Notes under the pieces: model-generated
Told to the model about the DNA's origin: nothing
What the model saw: the letters and a program-made list of their open reading frames with translations, nothing else
The model's database searches: none
Part shown: positions 21,152 to 35,600 of the stretch, in pieces
Layout: each line of letters opens with the position of its first letter
Numbering within the stretch: the stretch's first letter is position 1
Program-made: the position numbers and the translations under genes
Virus record (IMG/VR): IMGVR_UViG_3300038301_000548
Location: 96,001-160,000 of that record
Reading direction: 5' to 3' (one strand)
DNA from: a virus
Length of the DNA: 64,000 nt

Positions 21152-22984
21152 TTAAGCTATCCCTACTGTCCCCGATATATCATCTAGGTATTTTATTTCC
21201 CATATGGAATTTTTTGGTATATAAATGTAACTATCATTTGGGTGTTGGTTTCCCAATACATCGTATGAATAGCTGCTATAGTTTCCGGATGATAGATTCT
21301 TAACCTTAACTCCGTTGCGTGGTGGGACTCTGACTATCTCTGGCATTGCATTCAATATCCTTTGCACCTCAGAAATGTAAAAGTACTCTCCAATGTCAGG
21401 GGGTATAACCATAAGTTCCTCATACACTCTCCTCTTAAGAGTGGAGAGAAAGGTTTGCGGGTTTACGTTGGGCTTTATAACTACATTAATTTCTAGACCA
21501 AGATTAATTATATTTGCGTCGAAAAGGTCGATGCTATCTGATATCATCCTCACTGCGTTTAACCATGTTTTCACGTTTTGCTTAATCAGGGAAGAGCAAG
21601 GTTCGAAGTCACCCCTTGCAGACTCTCCTATCAAATATATATTCAAGTTTCTTCTTAGGTCATTTGTGTCTGTTACCACCGAAGCCCTTCTGACTGCACC
21701 ATAAGATTTGGGCATTGCATATATAGAAGATACATAGTCCTGTTTAGTAACAGCGCGACCTTGACTAGAGTACCTACCTAGGTGTCTCTTTTTCAGTTCT
21801 TCCGTAGTCGGGACGCTAATTCTGCCATTTATGGGTTTTTCATTAACTACTTGCAGATTGTCTCTTACAAACTTCATATCTGCTGCAGACATTAGATGTT
21901 CATTTTTAAACTTCAAGTTTGCTTCTAACATTTCGTTGACAGTGCCGACTGCAGCATTAGAATTCGATGTTGTATTGCTTTTATATGTTATAGTTAATAC
22001 AGTGTTACTGGGTGCTACACCCAGAGAATCTGATGATATCAGACTTAACGCGTCTTGTTTTGGACTCGCAACATAAGGTAGTCCTGGTCTACTAAGTATA
22101 ACGCTGCTGGGATCTGCGATCGAATTAGTTGTGAGGTTTGCTTCGGATCCATGTCCAAAAGAAATATAAGACCTTTCTAGTTCACGTTCGACGATAAACC
22201 TCCTTGGGACAGGTTTGGGCTTCATTATGGAAGGTGAAGTCGAATCTTGGTTTTCTGGGTCTATTATTGGAGAATATACAACATCTTGTGTCAAGTGATC
22301 AACTTTTGTCCACTCTCTTCCTTTATCGTCAACACAACTGACCACAGACAAGACTGAAGAGTCAGGAATCACCAGCTTTCGAAATCTAACGTGGTCGCCG
22401 ATTTCGATAGTGAACTTTTTTTCCACACCAGATTCGACATCTACTAAAGTCTTTAATAGAAACCAATCTATTTTGGAACCGTCTGCAGATAATATATGGC
22501 CTACAACTTTAGAGTTGTTCTCGCTTAGCACAGTATCTGTAATTGTGGTATATTCATTGCCCCCCGATGATCCACATCTAGATTTGGCTCGGAGCGTGAC
22601 TTCTCCCAGTGGATCTAGTCCAGTACCATGTGTATTTGCTCTTCTGTAAGACAGAATTGTACATTCGCCAAAAGTCGGAGTCTCAGGTTGGACACTGTCT
22701 GAATTTGGAGCAAGAGTTTGGTAGTGGCTTACGAAAGAGGCCGGTTCGATACAAGAGGCTGCATTAGATTCATTTGCGGCATGATCTATATAGTGATGAA
22801 GCTGGTCACCCACCATGCTGACTAGGTCTAACATCAAGGCCCCAAAGGATGATTGATTAAAGTCTTGATATGTATTTGGGTAATATCTTTTTATATAAGT
22901 CTTCAGCTCGTCTTTGATTTCTCTAAAGCTTCTAGTCGTATAGTCAATTTCTACTTGGTCGCGAGAAGGTCTGTTTCCTGACAT
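21152..22984 (-). CDS. Baseplate wedge subunit (T4 gp6 / baseplate-J-like)
   Basis: DYTTRSFREIKDEL...YPNTYQDFNQSSFGALMLDLVSMVGDQL N-terminus and QGRAVTKQDY...MPKSYGAV motif. Adjacent to gp25. Confidence 0.85.
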   Translation of the reverse strand: MSGNRPSRDQVEIDYTTRSFREIKDELKTYIKRYYPNTYQDFNQSSFGALMLDLVSMVGDQLHHYIDHAANESNAASCIEPASFVSHYQTLAPNSDSVQPETPTFGECTILSYRRANTHGTGLDPLGEVTLRAKSRCGSSGGNEYTTITDTVLSENNSKVVGHILSADGSKIDWFLLKTLVDVESGVEKKFTIEIGDHVRFRKLVIPDSSVLSVVSCVDDKGREWTKVDHLTQDVVYSPIIDPENQDSTSPSIMKPKPVPRRFIVERELERSYISFGHGSEANLTTNSIADPSSVILSRPGLPYVASPKQDALSLISSDSLGVAPSNTVLTITYKSNTTSNSNAAVGTVNEMLEANLKFKNEHLMSAADMKFVRDNLQVVNEKPINGRISVPTTEELKKRHLGRYSSQGRAVTKQDYVSSIYAMPKSYGAVRRASVVTDTNDLRRNLNIYLIGESARGDFEPCSSLIKQNVKTWLNAVRMISDSIDLFDANIINLGLEINVVIKPNVNPQTFLSTLKRRVYEELMVIPPDIGEYFYISEVQRILNAMPEIVRVPPRNGVKVKNLSSGNYSSYSYDVLGNQHPNDSYIYIPKNSIWEIKYLDDISGTVGIA

Positions 22985-23071
22985 ATTTTGTACACTCTCT
23001 TGTTTTATTATTCGGATTTAATTATTTCTAATACAATAACTATATCTTTATTGTTAAAAAAATAATTTTTA

Positions 23072-23575
23072 CTACGTCGCAAAGGGAAAATGCCTTAAAG
23101 AGTTGCTTAATTTTGTGATGTTTTGAATATCTCGAGCTGATCGATCTGTTAGAACATCCTTTATAGTTTTCATGAGTTTGTCTACTACAAACAACACAGA
23201 AATCATTCTAGGAAAAAAGTTTATACTAAAATTTATATTCAACACAGCTATATTCTCGTCCATATTTTCTTCATCTGATATAAATTGAGCTTCATTAATT
23301 ACAATATCTGGTAAATACTTTCTCACTTGTTTTTCTAACCTGGTTCTAAATTCCCCTAATTCTGGGGAGTTATAAGTCTCGAACAAATACCTATCTAGAC
23401 CTACTCCTAAGTCTGGATTCATTGGCCATTCGCCTGGGTTAGTTCTTAAAAGAAATATAAAATCTTGTATTATTGATTCTCTCAAATCTTTCACTGGCTG
23501 GTACGGGCCATGGTTTGGCGAAATTGTTAATGGCCATCGTGGCTGTATTTGTGGTTCACCTATGTTAGTCGACAT
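23072..23575 (-). CDS. Baseplate wedge protein, GPW/gp25 family
   Basis: SIIQDFIFLLRTNPGEWPMNPDLGVGLDRYLFE matches the gp25 family consensus (LL.T.PGER.M.P.FG..L..YLFE). Confidence 0.9.
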   Translation of the reverse strand: MSTNIGEPQIQPRWPLTISPNHGPYQPVKDLRESIIQDFIFLLRTNPGEWPMNPDLGVGLDRYLFETYNSPELGEFRTRLEKQVRKYLPDIVINEAQFISDEENMDENIAVLNINFSINFFPRMISVLFVVDKLMKTIKDVLTDRSARDIQNITKLSNSLRHFPFAT

Positions 23576-23594
23576 TAGTCTTTATCTCCCTCTC

Positions 23595-23602
23595 TAAATA
23601 GT
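23595..23602 (-). promoter_or_regulatory. Candidate late promoter ACTATTTA
   Basis: In the 53-nt gap upstream of gp25, followed by a GGGAG RBS. Confidence 0.5.
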
Positions 23603-23628
23603 GGTGCACCAATATATTTGAAAAGAGA

Positions 23629-26600
23629 TTATTCAAAATCTTCAGGATTAGGCATTTGACCGAAAGGAGAGGGGAGAGGAGAACGGCAAACCCTCTCCTC
23701 CATATGCTCTGGAGTGTATAATGCTGGGGCTTCATCGTCGCAGGCGCCGGATCGTTGGCGCATCTTCTTTTCGCCGGGCAATTGGTATGTTGATAATGCC
23801 AAAATAGTAAAAGGAGACAGTGGGTGTCCGTAGCGGTCAGCGTTCCATGGTTTCAAGCCTTCGTCAGGCCATTGTGACTCATGGTCCATACAAGGCACGC
23901 CGAATGCAAACACGCCGTCCATCAAAGCGACAGGGCCTTTATACAAATAGCCTACTGCCCTCTCCAGGGTCCTCTTCATGGGCTTTGTGTCGCCATCGAA
24001 GAGTGAGTCGACTGAATACCATATGTCTCGACCGGTGGAGACGATCACTGTTGAATATTTGCCTTTCTCACCCTCGGCGTTCCTTTGGAGGCCGGCGCTC
24101 ATGAGTGACTTATCAGCTGAGACTGTTCTGATACCATCCCAAGAAAGGTTCTCTATGTTACAGTTTTCCCAATGAGTCTTCATTTCTTTGTAAGCTGGGT
24201 CTATAGTGCTGGCAATGCCTCGGAAAAGCGCCGAAGGGAAATACTTTATGAGATCTTTCAACATATCTTTAAAGTTATCAAAGAATTCCCTAGGAATAGC
24301 CAGGTCAAAACAATCTAGGTTTTCTGGATTTGATATTGGATTATCTGTTAGAGACTTCATAGCTTCCGCTTGGCTGTGATTATTCAAGAATTCATTTCTT
24401 TCTTTGGCATTCAGTCCGGACATCTTAGTCAAGAATGCTAAATTATGTTTTGGGGTTTGTAAAATACTAGGCATAGTGCTGTATCCAGACAACAAAGAAG
24501 TTGCGTACACTGTGCTTATAGCTTGAAATCTTTTTACAGGCAAAACATACTGTAGAAGCGCTTTTGTTTCTGGTTTTCTAAGGAGCCTTTCTGATATTCC
24601 TCTCTGCCTTAGATGGTACTTCTCCTTGAACGAACTCAATGGCCAGCAATTGATCATCACTTCCCCTAGGGGAGAAATGTCTAAACGCTCTTCGCCTAAT
24701 GGAACTGAAAGAAAGTTGTCCATTCTTCCGGTTCGCAACTCCTCTGAGGGTTTTCTGAGGATTGTTGATCTAGACAGATCTGTTATCTCCGAAGCCGCGG
24801 CGCCGGGGCTATGGTTGTTTATTGGGATATTGGATACAAACCTGCAGATCTGCTCAACTGTTGAGGTTCTCATCAAGCCCTGCTTAACTCCCAACAAAGC
24901 TTTATCAAACACAGCTGATGAGATAGCTTGATCAATGCCAGTGGAGCCGTTGAGTGCGGCCATGTATGTGTCTTTAATATTGATCACAGTGCCTGCAGAT
25001 ATTGGCAGGCTGTGAATAGTGTTAGCAGGCAAGCCTGGTATAGCTACGGGGGATGTATACAGCAGCTTTAGTATAGCTTTATTATACTGTTCTTTTAGCT
25101 GTAGCGGACTCATAGCTGTGTCAAGATCAGTGTCAGTAATTTGTTTATCTAGTAAGTACTTGTTAAAAGACTTCGTCAGCGGAGTATAGTCAGTGTTGCC
25201 AGGGGTAAAAACAAATTTATACATCTCGTAATCCATCTTAAGTAGGATATCTTCTGGGCGGCCGGCGAAAACGGAAGTCATCTCCTCTTCTTCATAAAGC
25301 ACCATGTTGCGCATGTGAGCAGCTCGGACATTCTCCGCGAAACTATCAAGGTTGTCCTCTGCTTGGCCGTCAAAAGAATTATTATACCCTTCCAGCGCTG
25401 CTTGCCAGGTGTTATGCGGATTTGGATTGCGGGGATCGTGAAGCCTAGACTCGGCGGTCACAAAGTCCAAAGGATCGAATTGTCGAGGCGCAAATTCGCG
25501 TTGATTCAGAAAAGCTAGAATACCGATAGGGCCAGTTCCGAAATTGCCATTAAAATTAAGCCCTAGGGCGCCAAAACGGTCGTTGCACACTTCGTTGTGA
25601 AATAGGATAGTTGTTCTTATGAGCCACTCAATGCCGCCGCGGTTTCCGAGTAGATTCGAAAAGCGTCCGTTTTCTCGGACATTGTAACCTAGATCGGACC
25701 ATGGGATCCACTCCTCCATATCTCTTGGCTTTATCGCCATTTGAGCTGCTTCTACGTGGCTGTCCGATCCGGCTAAACGATGGACAACACGGCCGTTGCC
25801 GTCGCCATGCATAATACTTATTTCTCTCTTGTTTGCGCGGTCTTTCCAGTCACCATTGAATGAATTAGTATCATTATAGCCGGGTATTTGGGTCACTCTG
25901 AAGCGAAACATTTGCGAATTCTGGCGATCGCTGGGATTGCCCCAGAAGTCTGTACCGGTACTGTGGCTCATATTAATGCATAACATAAAAAAGAGCTTTC
26001 TAAATTCGTCACTATGGGGGCCTAGGCCTTGATCGCCGGGGTCCTTAACCTTTGAGAAGGTCTGGCTCGTGTCAATCCAGCACAGCATAATATGCATATA
26101 ATACAAACAGGCCAGGGCCCAAGGAACTTTCTGGCGGACGACAGCCAGACCTGCACCATCCTCTTGTTGGTTGGCCGGCACACGGTTCCAAAATTTTTGA
26201 TTGGCGCCTTGGTCGCGATTGACATTTTGCACCAAAAGATCTGCTGAAATATCATATTGAGCCATGGCGGCAAAAGCAGCTATAGTATCCTCTGGGGATA
26301 GGTTTGAATCTTTTATCTTTTGGTATACCTTTATCATAAGGTTTAATGCATATGGTGCCACTGGGTTTGTAAACTTTGTTTCTCCATATAAGATATTGCA
26401 CTCTGACCTTATTGAGTACATATATCTTCTTGCTACCATCACCCCTATTCCTGTGAGGAACTGCATTATCAAGTCGAATGCCTCATCCACCTGCACTTGC
26501 TTTATAATCTTTGAGTTTTGAGCTTTAATTCTGTAAACTGCTGTGTATATGTTATCTATTGGCGCGTCCTCTGATGTAGGTACTATAAAATCTTCGACTT

Positions 26601-29600
26601 CGTCTGCTGCTTCTGCTGCTTGGCCCATTTGTATCAGCCGCCTTATGACTTCAGCATTCTTTTTATTACGAAAAAAAGCAGGATAACTGTATAGGCTATC
26701 GAGGTTTTCGCTACCGAAATGAGTATTTTCGGCGCCGGGTCGAGAGGTCTTATTCAGTGTGTGCTTAATTACCGACCTAATAAAAATCGATACGTCTGCC
26801 ATACTGAGGCGACCATCGGAATAGTACAAAGTATTGTTGTTTTTATTGTGAAACGGCATCTTAATAGTCGGGATTCTATTATAATTTACTAGATATTCGC
26901 CGGCGCCGTCGTTCAATAATCCAGATACAGGGCCCTGAGGAGGTTGAATTAGTTTCCCGTCGTCGGCATACCCCTCCAAGCCGGGGATGTCACTAGGTTT
27001 GAAATCACCAGTTGCGTAGCGAGGTATAAGAGTTTGGTTTTCACCTCGAAAATAATAGTCTATGGTGTTTATGCTTTCCGCCATGGCGCGCCGGGTGTCG
27101 ACCAGGTTACCTGGTGAGAGGTCTGGGGTGAGTCTGTATTTTTTGTCCACCCGGGAAAAACTAAAAAAGTTATGATTGCGCGCAATAGAATATGGCATAG
27201 ACATGCCGGCAGGAGCCGAGAGCGGGCATATTAAAGAATTAACGTTATTAAAGCCACAAACGTCCGGATTGATGAGTTTGCGCCTTGGTGTGGTCTGAGC
27301 GTCTAAATGTTCGATGTTGCCGGGGAGTCCGCTTTCAAGGGCGACAGTAGGAAGCAAGGCCTGAGACCAGGATGGTAAAAACCCTGTTGTAAACATATCG
27401 GTAGCAGCCATGCTATTGGGCGAGACGATTGTTACATCAAGGGCGATGTCATCTCTGCTCCTAGTGGCGAGGGTGAGCCCAAGTGGTGCAGTTTGAGTGA
27501 ATGCCAAATCTGGTAAATTAGCGTTTCCTTCAAACATCATATTTATCGCCTCTTGAGACGTGGCTTTTAATGTTCTATCTTCTATGTTGGTTGGAATAAT
27601 ATTTGTTGTAAGATTTCCTGGTAAATTTAGATTTTCACCTTGCTCTTGGGTTAATGGCGATACAGTCTGTGCTGTCAAGTACCCCCAAAGGGAGTCTGGT
27701 CTCTTCTCTCTAAGGAAGGAGTTTAAGACCCCCTTGATCGCCGTGAGAGATTGGAAAAAGGTGCCTGTTGAGGTTCTGGGGTTACTGAGATTATAATCTT
27801 TCTCAAGCAAATAGAACCCAGTTGGATTTATCCCACTTCGGCGTATCAGGTTTCCTCGCGATGAAAATAGCCGATCTAACTCTGCTTTAGAGTTATAGTT
27901 TGGATTGTTTGCGGCCGAAGGGTCCGTATCATTTTCAAAAACCTTAGAGTATATCCTTTCGATAGAGCAGAACTGTACTCGACTGGTTGGGTTTAGTGCA
28001 GAGCTTCTATAAATTTTTTGCATGCCTTGCTGTGTTCTATCAAAAAAGTCTAAAGAGAAGTCGGGAAATCGCCCTGTCCACTCTCTCTGTCTGTCAGCTC
28101 CTGGAGCAGCAGCAGCAGCAAGGATCTTGTTATCGAGAGAAGTTATTCTGTGCGGGTTATCATCATCATCTGCAGATAAGGCCTGAACGAAGCCGTTGTG
28201 AAGGTTGGTAAAGTCAGTCATGATATCCCTTATAGCTACATTAAGTTTGCCTATGTTTGACTGTATCGCGCCTATGCGGGAAAGTCCTTGTGTAGTTATG
28301 GATGTTGACTTCTTAAGGTCTTCTAAGTATTCTGGAAGGACCACTTTGCAATAGACTTCTGAAGGTCTTGATTGGCCAGAGATATACACTCGTGTCACCA
28401 ATATTCTTAGGGGTATAGGATATATGTTTGGAGGTAATAATTTATGTTTTTTAGCTCTGAGATCCAGGCGGCCGTTGGCCCGGGCTTCAAAGAACTCGGG
28501 TACCTCATGCAGAATCTTACATGTTTCACCCCGGGGGTCTTCTGAATCTAGGCGCGCGGCGCCTAGATTCATGGGGTCCCCACCGCCGATTGGTTGAAAA
28601 CTCCAAGATTCATTCTGGGCTCTCCTGAGCCAGTGGAGCATACTAGCTTCGACGTTAGTACGCTGAAAAGGACAATCTTCTTCTCTATAGTTCTCATTAG
28701 CTGTCTCTGTTCCGCGGGCGTTTGAGTTCGCTGACGGGTTCGCTATAAGCCATGGCGCGGTAAGAGCTATATTCGACAATTTATCGATGCCCATGGGCCG
28801 TATAATGTACGGACCCAAGGGCAAGCCGTCTATGTCTAGACGATTGTCGGGGACCGGGCGCTGGTCGGATCTTCTCATAAAGAATGTGCGGCTGTTCTGA
28901 ACCAGGGCCGGGTCGAGCATTGTGTTGTTATCATTCTCACCTGTTCCGATTAGATGGCCATCGGAGTCATACCCGTCTACCTCGTCATACAGTAGCTGCA
29001 ATGTGTTTTCGTGGAAATCCCCAAAAAGATTAGAAGTCTCTTGTTCCGGGATAAAATGCAACACTGCTGGGTCAAATGTATCCCCTATTGTGAATGAGCC
29101 ATGGAGGCCTGCCAAGATAGACGCGTCACCAGAGAATTCGTAAACCGTCTCGACCCAATGTTCTTCTCTTGTTGCTTGATCCCGGGGACTCATCAAGGGC
29201 GTCTCAAAGGCCGCGCGGGCGGTGTCAAAACTTTGCTCGTCTTCAAACTCTCCTAGCTTGTTTTCAAAAATTCTTTGCCGGTGGGGCGCGGCGGGATGGC
29301 GCATATGAACAAGCTGGTCTCGTGTTAAGTCAAAAATGTTATTATCATCGACAGGGAGTGTTCTTCCGAGAAGATCTCTTTGGACCCCTAAGGTCGCAGC
29401 TTGACTATCTTTGCCAATTGGAAAAGTCAAACCGTGCGGGATCCCATAAGCTCTCAGCATTGAGCCGTTAATTTGGTCGACGCGGGCTTGCCCGTTAGCA
29501 AACTTAATGTTCAACTCGTCTATGTTGGTGAATTCAATATTCTCATAATGCTGAGTCGAGGGTCCGGATTGAAAATCATGTTTAAGGTTTTCAGATATAT

Positions 29601-32600
29601 ACTCAAGATATTCTTTTGAATTCTCAGAGGCTTCTAGCAGAATATCAGACATTTTGGAAGATTGTTCAAGCGTTGTAAATGCGCCCGGGTCGCCGATATA
29701 CCTTAATCCTAATTCATGGTACATCTTCATAAGATCTTTGCCATCTTGAGCTATTATATAATAAGAGTCTTCAGAGTCGCCGTGAGTTATTGAGTTGGAG
29801 CATGCGCTTCGCAAGGCCGCGGCTGGCTGGTCGCCTGGAAAGCTTATGCTGCCATTCAACATCTCATGGAATTCAGAAAGAGAAGTATCACCCAGTGCGC
29901 CTTCAAAGAAGCTGCCAAAGCCGTGGCTTATAAAATCTTTGTTAAATTTTACGATTCTTCTAGTCTTCTTGATAAATCTGGTAGGGGTTCTATCTATTGC
30001 ATAAGGATACCCGTCGACTGTTTGGACGTCTGTATTGCGTTGGCGGCCGCCTGTGGCACTATCAGGATCCTCATCATAGTCATAAAGGCCCTGCATGTGT
30101 TTTATATATTTATCCAAGTCATCTTCATTCAAGGCACCGTTTATTGCTCCCAAGAAGTCGTCGATATGAAAGATCTCTTCTCTTTTATCTATCGTGCTAT
30201 CTGCGTCATATTCTTCAACAGAAGAACCCTGAGCACTGCCTGGGATAGCTGGTGTTTCTTTAAAATCATAATTTTCAATATTTGGATGTGAAACATTTTG
30301 CAAGCGACCTAAAGAGTCTTTAATATTTAATTTTTGTGGAATCCTGTTTTCTACATCGGTAAATAATTCCGGGTTGTCATCAATATTAGCTGTAGTGAAG
30401 GCTTCTATTATCTCCCTAGTCGGAAGAATCAAAGTCTCAAGAGCAGCTAGCGGACCAGTAACCCTTAGACCGTGTTCAATATGGAAAAACGGATCATTAC
30501 CATTTACATGATTAAGTGCTGTGCGTACCGAACCAAGACCAGAGTTGCTGTTTTCGATTTCTGGGTTTATTATTACATTATTTGTATCCCTTAAGGGGTG
30601 CTGCCACCAAAAATACTCAGGGCGCTCGAAATTTCTAAGATCTTCGGGCGGCTCTACAATCACTTCTCCGACGTCATTAATAAAAACGCCGGCTTCGATA
30701 TCAACTGGGTCCCCGTCGATCGATATCATAGTCCTGGAAACTTCTGATTGCGGTATAAAATAGCTCGTAAACCATTTATAGTAATCTAGATTCGGATTAT
30801 TGTTATATACATTTTTAGATAAGTCTTGCATTTTCATTGATTGCTGCTGGACTAGTCTTTTTAACGCGATATATGGGGCTTGTATACCGGTAATTCTTGA
30901 AATTATAGGCTTCCACTCATCCCTAATCGACGGGATTCTTTCTATTTCGTGCTTTATGAATTCGTAAATAAACTCTTTCATCAAGGGTTCATCATAAACA
31001 CCTTCAAAATCCCAAACAGAATATGCTAGGGATCCCTTCAATAACAACTCCACCAAACAAATTCTAACAAACCCAATCATGCAAACGTTCTGTATTGCTT
31101 TCTCTATCGGGCCGAGGTCGTCATAATCGACATTTTCAAATGAATTCTCTGGCCTAGACATTTCTGCTCTGAGCTGACGGCCAATTTCATCCGTTATGAG
31201 TTTTTCGAATGACAAGGTTCCAAGCTGAGATACACTATATCTGTTTTTATAACAATCCTCTATCTCGTTGTAAAAAACCTGGCCAGCGACTCGTCGGCGG
31301 AATGAGTCAAAATAACCATCCTCATCGTAAACTCTTGAATTTCTTAGCGAATAAAAAACTTGCTCAAAGATACCTTCTAAAAATTCTGGGTATTGTTTAT
31401 GATATAAATTATCTCTGATTTCCCCGTCAATTGTTAATTTATCAAACTCTTCCTGTATTTCATCGGCGCGCTCGGCGGCGGGCAGCTCATACCTTTGCGC
31501 CATTGAAGTTAGAGATTTCAAATGCATTCTTGCAAATATTTCTCTCCTAGTATAAACCCCGGGAGGGATATTTTGATAGTTAGTAAATACGTGAGTGGCC
31601 ACTGTGCTGCCACGATCGTGTGAAGCTTCAATATAAGTCACTTGCCTGTCCGAGTCGGCCCTGACAGTTATCAGATTGGCGTCCTGGATCTCATTATCTG
31701 GACCCACTATTGAATCACAAAACCGGAAAACTTTTGGATTTTCTGCACTTGTATCGCGGAATAGGTTGTCGCCATATAATGTTATAGTATATGGATCGTA
31801 TTTCTTTTGATCCAGTGAGTTCTCTGGGAGAGCGCTCGTTTTTGATTTAAATTCATACAAAGAGATCGACGGACCCGGGACGCCGAGCGCGCTCTTGAAA
31901 TCTATCGTTAACTTTCTAACGTCGGGCCCATCGATGAATCGGTTGTTTTGATCGACAGCCGGTGCATCAAAATAAATCCCCTGTGTTGGATGAGTTAGCG
32001 GATTTAGACCTCTCGCGGCGATGTCACGGAGTTCGGCGGAAGTCTCCTTACTAGCGCTTAATACATCTTTTATTATTTCAAGGTGCGATTCATGTGGTAT
32101 AGGTGTTGAAACATTTGGCAAGTATGTCGACAAGATACCTTGCAACTCCATAAGCCTATCTTGCAGCACCTGTTGTAAATAACTGACTTGGGATCCTGGT
32201 TCCAGCTCTTCTGCGCTTTCGGCGTTCGCGAGGAGCTTATAATTATTGACAAAGTGATAGGGTACACCAGACTCATATACCAAGTAATTGCTGCCAAAAT
32301 TAAACAAACCTAGGTTTGCCTGGTCTGCGTGCGCGGTGGAGTCGATTTGCGCAAGGGTGTCCTCAGCTTGTTCACCTGACGTGATATACTTGTTCGTAAT
32401 ATTGTTTGATTCATCTTTTTCAAAAAAACTATTGCGGCTAAAACCTATTGGCCTTGGATACAGACGTGTCTCTTTGGAATTACCGGCGCGAGACCTCTCA
32501 TCGTAGGTTGCTTCGCGGTAGGGGGCTAGTGCTTCTTCTGCTGGCCAGAGTTGATGCTGTGGTTTTGCCGAAGCTGGGACATTATGGATTGGATGAGCCG

Positions 32601-35600
32601 CATTAGCCGCATTTTGATATTTAAAAAGTTTAAGGATTCTCTTATCGCTGGTCTCATATTTTTTTGTCTCGTATATTTGGTGTAAAATATGGATTTGCTT
32701 TTGCAAAGAATCGATCGAATTAGCTCCGCCGGATGCTTCGTCTCTAATAACTTGAAGCAGTCTAAAATTCTCTAGTATGGTTTCTACTGTTATGTTAGCT
32801 GCATCGTCGAAGTCTTCGTCTTCTGGTGTTGGTAATTTAAACCCATCTAGATAATAAGCTGGACCATATGCACTCAATGAGGAAACATAAGACATCTTTG
32901 TTGGCTCGAACATGTCCTTTATTGATTTAATTGCTTGGTCATTTAGATTCTTTGGTAACTGATTTACTATCGCGTCAGGGTTTGACATGTCTAGTAACGG
33001 AGGGATAATTGCATTCAGGCCCTGTTCCGATAGCAGTTCAAAGGCGCGAGCCTGAGACATCAATTGATCTTTAGCTTCGTCTAGAACCCGGTTGATTTCT
33101 TCTTCAGATGCGTCGTTGGCTAGCAAGCTTCTTCTTAGGTCAGATATGGCAGTCGCAGTGTCTTCGCATGTTGTTGCTGTTGTTAGCCAGTCAGTACCTG
33201 ACAGTGCTTCGCAAAAGCCATCCGGCATGAACGTGCCGATATGGTCATATAGTTGCATAATAGATTCTTCATCGTCTAATTGATCCAAACCCATTGATCT
33301 AGCTATCGAGGTTAACATTGCTATTGTAGCTGGATCTAATGGGTCACCTTGTAGTAAACGACACAATTCTCGGTTTGTTAAAACTACTCCTGATCGTTCT
33401 ATAAAGTCGGGCGCCAAATCTGCGTTCTTCTGGTCTAGGCCTAAATCAACGAGGCCTCGAGCCATAGCATTCTGGACTACGGAGGTTGAAGAACTAGCTT
33501 CCCCATATAATTGATCTCTTAAGATCTCTTCACACCATGGTATTCTTAAGAAATCTATGATTGTTCTTGCAAGAGTACATAAGAATCGTCCAATGATCTT
33601 ACCTAGCTTATCCCAAAGAAATTTCCAGGCTCCGGCCCACCATCTAAATATGCTAAAATCTGGCCAATCCGGATAACTAAAGTTAGGTATGCTGAGATTG
33701 AACGCTGGGATCTTTAGACACTTTAAGAAATCACATAAGAGAGCCCCGGGAGATACTCTGTCAATAAATTCTGAAAAGACCTTTGGGACAGTACATGCAT
33801 TACCGAGCATTTTTAAATGCTCGTCTTGACCAAAGACGCTATCTAAATTTGTAAAATCTTTTGATGTGGTTCTTTCATCATACCACTCTTTGAAAGGCGC
33901 CTTGATGTTTTGATCGGTCCAAATCTGCAAGGCGTCATATGTCTTTGCGATTCCATCAAGACCTGGAGTGTACCTCTTTAAATATGCTAGGCCCTTCTTT
34001 CCCAAGTCGAGGTCACTGCAAAGCTCAGAGTTTGAAAGATCGAAGAAATTTAACCATGAGCCCATGGCCAAGCCACCTGACATACGATACAGTTGAGAGA
34101 GATAGATTGACGTCATAGGCCTTGTTAGTGCAGGCGCCTGAGCTTTAAGGTCACTATACTTTCCTTTGATGCCGCGGCCCTTTCGACTTTCAAAAATTAT
34201 ATTTTTGCCGGCTTGGATCGATTCAATCTGGCCAGTATTCGCTGAAAATATAATTTTAATGTTGTTGGGGTATTTCCATCTCCAGTTTGATGCTGCGCCG
34301 TCAGCGTCGGCGCCGCCCTGAATTGCATCAAAACCACTAAGCTCCTGCGCATATGGAATCTCGGACACCAGGCCTGCTAGTGTGTCATCACCAAACTCAA
34401 AATCTGAACTTTGAGGCAGTTTTTTCTTGATATAATTTTTTAACTGCAGCAGACCATCTTCTAACTTTGTCGCCTCTAAGTTGCCATCGTAATTGCTGGA
34501 AAATCTTATTTTGTCTTCTTTGCACGAAGCGAAAGCTTCTCTTATATCTTTGGCCGAGATATCGACGCGATCTTTTATCTCGCGATAAGTCATATAAATT
34601 TCAACGTAACGTCGATTGCCAAATTTCTTGTTATATGCCCATTCACTAAACGCGTCTAATGGCGTCTTAAGTAGACTGGTTCCTACTTTTAACACACTAT
34701 TGCTAAACTCGTCTTGTGAGCCAGAAAAGTCTCCTAGGTTTATTGGGCCCAGGTTTACATTTGCGTTACCAAAAACGCCCAGATCAACGCTGGTATTTGC
34801 AGTTTCAGCACGGTTTTGGAGTTCGGCAGCTGCAGTCTGTGACTCTCTTAAAGCCCGGGCAATTTCCCTTCTTCTTTTAGCGGCTAAAGCCCTGTATTCT
34901 TCATACCTCCTCTCTTGCTGGTCTTCTGTAAGAGGTGCATCGTTGCATGAGTCAGTTGGATTAGATGGCTCTTGTATTACCGGTGCTAAGGCACCTTGGC
35001 TATTTTGGCTTTCCGAAATTCTTAATTGGCTTTCTAGGATTCCATTATCTTCTGTGATCTGTGCCAGCTTCGCTCTATTTATAAGGAATTTAGCCCTATA
35101 TTTGTCGCCTGGGCGGAGGGACGGAAACCTAAATTCTACAAACTTTATTAATGGCTCTGCTGTGTTTATACTCAGCATGAGGCCTCGGGAGTCGGGATCA
35201 GCGCTTTCGTATACTTCTATGTCAGTATAAGGTTGTATAGACTGGATTGTCTGCACGAGGTCTTCACTTAAATCTTGATATCCCGGAGACTCAAACTGCT
35301 CTAAAAAATTGTCTAGAAAAACATCAGGGGCTAGGAGCCATTCTCCGGATGATACATTCAGCTTTGGGAATATCTGTGATATTCTTTCTTTTGCGGGGGA
35401 TCCCGTAGGGCTATTGAGCCGGCTGGCTCCGTCTTGGCCTTGGATGGTATCATATTCACTCCCCACAACGGTGAATGCGTCTTGGAAAGATGCTGATTTT
35501 GGATCTAATTTAAATAATATTGGTTTGTTTAGATGAACAAGAAGACTATATAAAGCTTTCTGCTCCAACTCTCTTATCGCTTGTTGGTACTCTACTTTCT